Shown piece by piece: positions 58,415 through 64,000 of a DNA stretch of 64,000 nucleotides. Position 1 is the stretch's first letter, and each line of letters begins with the position of its first letter. Both the position numbers and the translations under genes were made by a program. A model generated the notes under the pieces. It saw nothing but the letters and a program-made list of their open reading frames with translations, made no database searches and was not told the origin of the DNA. This stretch comes from an uncultured bacterium (GTDB lineage Bacteria; Babelota; Babeliae; Babelales; Vermiphilaceae): assembly GCA_963702025.1 (NCBI GenBank), contig OY969699.1, positions 864,001-928,000 of the forward strand. The letters are read 5' to 3'.

Positions 58415-59344
58415 TTATAAACCTTTTAAATACTTTTCGGCATCGAGAGCTGCCATGCAGCCTGCTCCTGCTGAAGTAATAGCCTGCCTATAACGATAAT
58501 CGGCCACATCCCCAGCCACAAAAACACCGGGTACTGAGGTGCGTGTTTCATCATGAACCTCTATAAAACCGAACTTGTTAAGCGCAAGCTGCCCCTTGAA
58601 AGCCTGTACATTCGGATTAAGGCCAATTGCCACAAAAACAGCGCTCACCGGAACATTTTCAGACTTTTTACTAGTTTGATGGGTTATCGTTACTCCTGTT
58701 ACGTGGTTCCCATCACCCTCAATGGTAGAGACAGTGCTATTATAGATGATCTTGATATCAGGATTTGCAACCACTTTTTCTTGCATCGCATGGCTTGCAG
58801 TGAGTTTGTCCAAAATGTGCACAATCGTGATATCTTTGGTGAAGTTGAGCATAAAAGAGGCATCTTCCATCGCTGTATCGCCACCCCCCACAATAATCAC
58901 TTTCTTATCCTTGTAAAAGGCTCCATCACAAACAGCGCAGGTGGTTACTCCTTTGCCCCAGTACTGATCCTCGCCTGGGCACTGTAATCGTTTAGGTGAA
59001 GCGCCGGTAGCAATGATGAGAGCGTCGGCAGAAAGTTCCTTTTTATCAGTTTTGAGCGAGAAAGGGATTTGGTTTAGGGCAACATGCATCACTGTTTCAT
59101 CTAAAAATTGTGTGCCAAAATGAGCGGCGTGTTCTTGCATTTTTCCCATTAACTGGGGGCCCAAAATACGCATTTCGCCCGGCCAATTTTCTACGTAGCT
59201 GGTTCCCATGAGTTGTCCACCCGGATGTTTGCCGTTGACTACTAAAGGGTTTAGATTGGCACGCGCTGCATAGATGGCTGCAGTGAGTCCTGCTGGCCCT
59301 GAACCAATGATGATTAGTTTATGATGATTTGTTTTATTATTCAT
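58415..59344 (-). CDS. trxB: Thioredoxin reductase
   Basis: IIGSGPAG, CAVCDG, GGGDTA, AGDV..YRQA. Confidence 0.96.
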   Translation of the reverse strand: MNNKTNHHKLIIIGSGPAGLTAAIYAARANLNPLVVNGKHPGGQLMGTSYVENWPGEMRILGPQLMGKMQEHAAHFGTQFLDETVMHVALNQIPFSLKTDKKELSADALIIATGASPKRLQCPGEDQYWGKGVTTCAVCDGAFYKDKKVIIVGGGDTAMEDASFMLNFTKDITIVHILDKLTASHAMQEKVVANPDIKIIYNSTVSTIEGDGNHVTGVTITHQTSKKSENVPVSAVFVAIGLNPNVQAFKGQLALNKFGFIEVHDETRTSVPGVFVAGDVADYRYRQAITSAGAGCMAALDAEKYLKGL

Positions 59345-59348
59345 TAAA

Positions 59349-60665
59349 TTATTTTTTAGTTAAATGGTAAATAATATGGTTGACCGTTTTTTCTCGAAGA
59401 CACACGCGGCTTAAATCAGCATTTGATACCGGGAATTCTTGTCCTTGTATCTTTGTTACGAGGGGATCAAAATGGAAAAAACCTCTAGTCCGCGGGCGTT
59501 TAGTGAGATTTAAATAATTTTTAAGATCATTATGATTCACATCTAAACCCTCTTGGTAGGCCATTTGATCAAGAAAAATTTCTTCACGGACCTGTTTTTC
59601 AGCAAGATCGTGCACCACATCATTAAAATCTTTTTGTACGCGGTAGACATAATAGTCGGGATTATTTGAAACCGCATCAAGCACCACTCTTGTTTGCCGT
59701 AAAATTAAATGATTGGGTATTTCAAATTTATGTTTTGAAAGAAGTAGTTTGAGCGATTCTTCCACAATGCTGCGGCGTAAAGAAAGATCATTGCGATAAG
59801 AGAAAATTTCAATAAGTCGCTGATACATCTCTTTGTTGCTTTTAATTCTAAAGTGTTGTTTGAATTGATCAAGACAAAAATAGGCTTGCGGCACAATATC
59901 CAGAATTGAAATAGCAAATGCATAATTGGTGCTTATGTTATCAGAAAAAAAGTTTTGCAAAACTTCATGAGAGCTCACAAACAGAGCATCTTTTTTCTTG
60001 TGAAGAAAAACTTCATGATATGCTTTATCCGGCTCTTCATCGCCGATTTTGAGCCACAACGTTGCTTTAAAACCGTTTAATATCGGTTGGTTATCATTAT
60101 TTAAAACAGTAACCTGATAATTTATCCAATCACCGACGGCGATTTGTGAATCGGTATAGTGTTCTTTTGCGTTTTGTTCTTCTTGCAAAAATGCTTCAAC
60201 TTGCCGATCGAGATCTTTATAATTTTTGCGTTTGGGAGCTTTGAAGGGGAGATATTTCCATTCTTGAAAGGCAATTTGGGGAAAGATTGATAATTCAAAG
60301 GTAAAAACACCCTCCTGTCCCTGGGCAATATCAACGGCCGTGAGGCGTGGTCTACCGGCAATTCTAATTTTTTGTTTACGTATTTCTGTTTCGAGAAAAT
60401 CGGCGATTACATAGGTATAGAGAAATTCTTTGATATGTTCGATAATGCCGATGTTAAAATTTTGTTCAATATAAGCGGCGGGTGTTTCCCGTTTATGAAA
60501 TCCAAATGCAAGAGTTGATTTTTTTTGTGACTCAATCGCTTCTTTATAAAAAGAATCAATCAGCGAGGCGGGCATTACTACGGATAATTCACAGAAACTT
60601 TGTTCATTTTCTAGAATTGTGCAATGCAAACTGCAATCAATACCATTTACTTCTACTTCCTTCAC
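59349..60665 (-). CDS. tig: Trigger factor (divergent)
   Basis: FGFHKRETP resembles the GFRxGKxP ribosome-binding loop; FKBP-like region (VGDWINY); length 438 aa. Confidence 0.65.
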   Translation of the reverse strand: MKEVEVNGIDCSLHCTILENEQSFCELSVVMPASLIDSFYKEAIESQKKSTLAFGFHKRETPAAYIEQNFNIGIIEHIKEFLYTYVIADFLETEIRKQKIRIAGRPRLTAVDIAQGQEGVFTFELSIFPQIAFQEWKYLPFKAPKRKNYKDLDRQVEAFLQEEQNAKEHYTDSQIAVGDWINYQVTVLNNDNQPILNGFKATLWLKIGDEEPDKAYHEVFLHKKKDALFVSSHEVLQNFFSDNISTNYAFAISILDIVPQAYFCLDQFKQHFRIKSNKEMYQRLIEIFSYRNDLSLRRSIVEESLKLLLSKHKFEIPNHLILRQTRVVLDAVSNNPDYYVYRVQKDFNDVVHDLAEKQVREEIFLDQMAYQEGLDVNHNDLKNYLNLTKRPRTRGFFHFDPLVTKIQGQEFPVSNADLSRVCLREKTVNHIIYHLTKK

Positions 60666-60931
60666 GTCAGTTCTCCTTTTTTTAAGAACATGTCCATTTA
60701 AATAACTGGTTTTTAAGCCGATTTAGTCGTATTAATCAGTATTTATGGCTCAACGAAAATGAGCTTTTTATTTTTTATTTAAATGAAAGTTGATCAAGAG
60801 ATATCGAAGGTCAAAATACATCGCTGAGTATTAATGTCAAACTCTTTAAAAAAAATGATGGACTTTTTGGAATACTATATTTCGGATTAATCATTGATGA
60901 TTATGCTTCGATGAGCAGGCCGCGCCAGCCC

Positions 60932-61015
60932 TACTTCGCTTCTATCAATGTCAAAACTATAATTAAGTCAATCATTTAAAGAGGCTGGCCTGCCATACGA
61001 AGCTTTAGCGAAGTA
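60932..61015. repeat. 84-bp tRNA 3'-trailer repeat, copy 1
   Basis: Identical to 61453-61536. Confidence 0.9.
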
Positions 61016-61102
61016 TGGTGCACGAGAAGGGACTCGAACCCCCACTCCCTTTCGGGAACTGGATCCTAAGTCCAGTGCGTCTACCAATTTCGCCACTCGT
61101 GC
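61016..61102 (-). tRNA. tRNA-Leu (TAG)
   Basis: Cloverleaf with long variable arm, GTTCGA T-loop, anticodon loop CTTAGGA, encoded CCA. Confidence 0.95.
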
Positions 61103-61134
61103 ATGGTAGTTTTATATGATTTCAATCCTTCTAG

Positions 61135-61452
61135 ACCCGTCTACGCTAAATCCCTCGACAGGGGGCTCGGGAGTAAACGCGTCCTTCCGCTCATCCTGAG
61201 TAGAAAACGCAGTTTTCGTATCGAAGGACGAAGGGCGAATAAATTATTTACAATGCAATGAGTCCAGCCTTCGCTTGTCCAGGCCTTCCGGCTTGGCAAG
61301 CTTCGGCGGACAGCCTACGCTTAGTTCTAATAATATCAAACTATTTTTTTAGTCAATCCTTTAAAGAACTGGCTCTACTTCGCTGCTAAAGCAGCTACGA
61401 AGAGCAGGCCCGCGCCAGCCCTACTTTGCTCATAAATGAGCTTCGAAGGGCA
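61135..61452. repeat. Cluster of REP-like and CTTCGCT..GCTTCG-type palindromic repeats between the tRNAs
   Basis: CCGCTCATCCTGAGTAGAAAACGCAGTTTTCGTATCGAAGG; GCTTCGGCGG; degenerate third trailer copy at about 61310-61375. Confidence 0.7.
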
Positions 61453-61536
61453 TACTTCGCTTCTATCAATGTCAAAACTATAATTAAGTCAATCATTTAA
61501 AGAGGCTGGCCTGCCATACGAAGCTTTAGCGAAGTA
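61453..61536. repeat. 84-bp tRNA 3'-trailer repeat, copy 2
   Basis: Identical to 60932-61015. Confidence 0.9.
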
Positions 61537-61612
61537 TGGTGGGCTGCCTTGGAATCGAACCAAGAACCCACAGATTAAGAGTCTGTTGCTCTGCCAATTG
61601 AGCTAGCAGCCC
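61537..61612 (-). tRNA. tRNA-Lys (CTT)
   Basis: 76-nt cloverleaf, anticodon loop CTCTTAA, encoded CCA. Confidence 0.95.
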
Positions 61613-61672
61613 ATGCAATTTCAATACTGTATTTGCAGTGTAACAAAAAAGTTTAGTTTCACAAGAGTCTTC

Positions 61673-62260
61673 TTACACTGAACGAACATCTTTTTCTTTT
61701 TTCTGCACCATTTGATCAAGTTGGGCAATAAATTTATCGGTCACTTTTTGCAATACATCTTCTAAACGATTGAAGAAATTTTCCGATATTTTTTTGTCTT
61801 TTTTTGCATCGCGCAAAATATTATTAAATTCTTTGCGCACATCACGAAGCCGCTCCTTGCCTTCATTGCTCTTCTTTTGCAATATTTTCACCAACTCATC
61901 GCGACGGCTCGTGCTCATTTCCGGTAAATTGATTCGAATAATTTTACCATCATTAACCGGCGTTAATCCTGTGTCGGAAGCCAAAATAGCTTTTTCAATG
62001 GGATCGATCATGGAAGTATCCCATGGTTGTATGGTGATCAACCGCGATTCGGGAGCAGCAAGAACCGCCACTTTATTAATGCTCATAGGAGTGCCGGTGT
62101 AGCCAACTACTTGAATGTCTTCAACCAAAGAAGTATGAGCTCTGCCGGTTCTGATTTTCAGCAGTTCGGTTTCAAAATGTTTGATTACTTTTTGCATTTC
62201 AGTTTCCATGGGAGTCTGGAAACTTTTAACGTCATTTTCTATTATTTTAATCTCAGCCAT
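61673..62260 (-). CDS. frr: Ribosome recycling factor
   Basis: KIRTGRA, IQPWD, PVNDGKIIRI, RDVRKE. Confidence 0.95.
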   Translation of the reverse strand: MAEIKIIENDVKSFQTPMETEMQKVIKHFETELLKIRTGRAHTSLVEDIQVVGYTGTPMSINKVAVLAAPESRLITIQPWDTSMIDPIEKAILASDTGLTPVNDGKIIRINLPEMSTSRRDELVKILQKKSNEGKERLRDVRKEFNNILRDAKKDKKISENFFNRLEDVLQKVTDKFIAQLDQMVQKKEKDVRSV

Positions 62261-62272
62261 AATAATCCTTTC

Positions 62273-62980
62273 TTATGTGCTAATTTCACTGCCAAAGCGT
62301 GGATCTTGAGCAGCAGTTATCAACGCATTCGGTTCAAAAATTGAAAATACACGAATTTTTCTTTGATTTTCAGCCGCAAGGGTAAAAGCAGTTGCGTCCA
62401 TGATTCCCAGTCTGTGCTCGAGGGCATAGCCAAAGGTAATTTTATCAAGCTTTTTTGCGTGAGCATCTTTTTTTGGGTCAGATGAATAGACGCCATCAAT
62501 GTGCGATGCTTTCCAAATTTCTTCTGCATTTATTTGTAAGCCACGTAAAACTGCTGTTGTATCGGTGCTAAAAAATGGATTACCGGTTCCACCCGCAAAG
62601 ATGATAGTATCGTCTCTGTTTAATGCATTGTGAATTGCTTGGTCAGAAGTTGGTGCGCCAATTTCTGGGCAGGTGAGTGCGGTCAACAACGAAGCTTTAA
62701 TAGCATGTTGCTCAAGTAAATCTTTGATAATAAGACCATTCATGAGTGTCCCGATAATACCAATTTGATGACCAATAGGTTTGGTTATACCCATTCTTTT
62801 GCCATGTTCATTACCGCGAAAAAAATTTCCCCCGCCTACAACAATGCCGAACTGAATGGTTTTACCAAGTTCTTTTATTTGGGTTATAATGCCATTGATA
62901 ATACTTGGGTCAAGTGTCTGATTTTGCCGCGATAAAAAGGCTTCACCGGTGATCTTTAATAAGATTCTTCTTCTTGCCAT
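62273..62980 (-). CDS. pyrH: UMP kinase
   Basis: RILLKITGEA, VVGGGNFFRG, GTGNPFFSTDT, IMDATA. Confidence 0.95.
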   Translation of the reverse strand: MARRRILLKITGEAFLSRQNQTLDPSIINGIITQIKELGKTIQFGIVVGGGNFFRGNEHGKRMGITKPIGHQIGIIGTLMNGLIIKDLLEQHAIKASLLTALTCPEIGAPTSDQAIHNALNRDDTIIFAGGTGNPFFSTDTTAVLRGLQINAEEIWKASHIDGVYSSDPKKDAHAKKLDKITFGYALEHRLGIMDATAFTLAAENQRKIRVFSIFEPNALITAAQDPRFGSEIST

Positions 62981-63576
62981 TATGCACCAACTTGGAAACG
63001 AGAAAACTTTGCAATTTTTATATTTTCACCCGTTTTTGCAATTAATTCTTGGAGCAGTTGGCCAATCGTCATCTTATCGTTTTTAATATAGGCCTGCTCG
63101 AGCAAACAAACTTCGGAATAAACCTTTTTAAGCTTACCTTCTAAAATCTGCTCTAAAACTTTACCCGTTTTGCCTGATTGAGCAAGTTGTTCCTTAATAA
63201 TGTCTTTTTCAGCTTCCACAAATTTGGCATCAACATCTGCTGGTGCAATATACAGTGGCCTCATTGCGGCAATGTGCATGCAGACATTGTGCGCAAATTC
63301 TTTTATTGCATCGGTACGTGCAACAAAATCGGTTTCGCAATTTACTTCGATAAGTACGCCAATCAGTGAGCCTGGATGAATATAGGCATGAACCAAGCCT
63401 TCAGCGGTCGTTTTATCGGAACGTTTTGCTGCAACAGCCGCTCCTTTTTTTCGCAATATTTCGATAGCTTTTTCAATGTCTCCATTTGACTCTTCAAGCG
63501 CTTTTTTGCAGTCCATCATACCAAGACCGGTTCTTTCGCGCAGTTGTTGAATCAGGGCTATATCAATTTTTGCCAT
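62980..63576 (-). CDS. tsf: Elongation factor Ts (short form)
   Basis: LRERTGLGMMDCKKAL, EVNCETDFVA. Confidence 0.96.
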   Translation of the reverse strand: MAKIDIALIQQLRERTGLGMMDCKKALEESNGDIEKAIEILRKKGAAVAAKRSDKTTAEGLVHAYIHPGSLIGVLIEVNCETDFVARTDAIKEFAHNVCMHIAAMRPLYIAPADVDAKFVEAEKDIIKEQLAQSGKTGKVLEQILEGKLKKVYSEVCLLEQAYIKNDKMTIGQLLQELIAKTGENIKIAKFSRFQVGA

Positions 63577-63672
63577 GTTACCCCATGAATAGTAAGGAAT
63601 TTAGTGTAAATATGAGTTAGATATATGAGTTATTGTGCCAAAAATAGGGGTTTTGGCAAGTTTGCATGCGAA

Positions 63673-64000
63673 TCAAACGCCGACAAGCTTTGTTCTCAGC
63701 TTATTGGTTATCTCGGCCATATACTGTTCTAGATTGAATCGATAGACCCAGAAATTGATAACCTGTGCAGATTCGTCGGGATTACGCGACTTTTCGGCTT
63801 TGAGCATATTTTCCATGGAAGTATATACTTCGGCCAGGTATGCTTTAAGCCTATCCCTTAAAATGTTAAATTCAGATGTTAGATTATAGCGAATGCCAAG
63901 ATTGGTGATTATTTGTAATATAATGGGTAATTTTTGTCGTGCTTTTTGGAGCATATACGGATCATCTTGAATGTTAATAATCATCTGCATCAGTTCAAGC
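63673..64000 (-). CDS. Hypothetical protein, 5' end outside the window
   Basis: Frame remains open to the window edge. Confidence 0.5.
   Translation of the reverse strand, partial: LELMQMIINIQDDPYMLQKARQKLPIILQIITNLGIRYNLTSEFNILRDRLKAYLAEVYTSMENMLKAEKSRNPDESAQVINFWVYRFNLEQYMAEITNKLRTKLVGV

Noticed and set aside
1156..61536. Dispersed palindromic repeats as a CRISPR array
   Set aside because: No regular repeat-spacer periodicity and no cas genes in the window
60932..61541. tRNA-adjacent direct repeats as attL/attR of an integrated element
   Set aside because: The repeat lies outside two different full-length tRNAs, shares only TGGTG with them, and encloses no integrase or cargo
216..63369. 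Numerous short antisense or out-of-frame ORFs nested in long genes
   Set aside because: Shadow ORFs of well-supported CDSs, without motifs or translation signals

Overview
AT-rich bacterial chromosome segment. Gene content suggests an intracellular protist parasite, most likely Candidatus Dependentiae/TM6 (Babelota); this is an inference. The supporting content is many signal-peptide ankyrin, F-box and RING proteins, a eukaryote-type HDAC, a fused multi-hairpin ATP synthase c subunit and minimal metabolism. Housekeeping genes include rpsU, rbfA, pilD, atpB/atpE, mrdA, xerC, nth, thrS, phoH, rpmH-rnpA-yidD, trxB, tig, frr-pyrH-tsf, tRNA-Leu and tRNA-Lys. They are interleaved with candidate secreted effectors, a polymorphic toxin-immunity pair, a frameshifted hicAB module and many palindromic, partly nested intergenic repeats. 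The top finding is a tandemly duplicated module at 30721-36578. Each copy has a multi-TM membrane sensor fused to a catalytically degenerate sigma54-activator-like AAA+ domain and a Fis HTH. Each is divergently paired with an unannotated 28-36 aa peptide gene that has its own sigma70-like promoter and RBS and ends in a shared L-x-D-x-P-P tail. This is a candidate peptide-signal/one-component receptor system.
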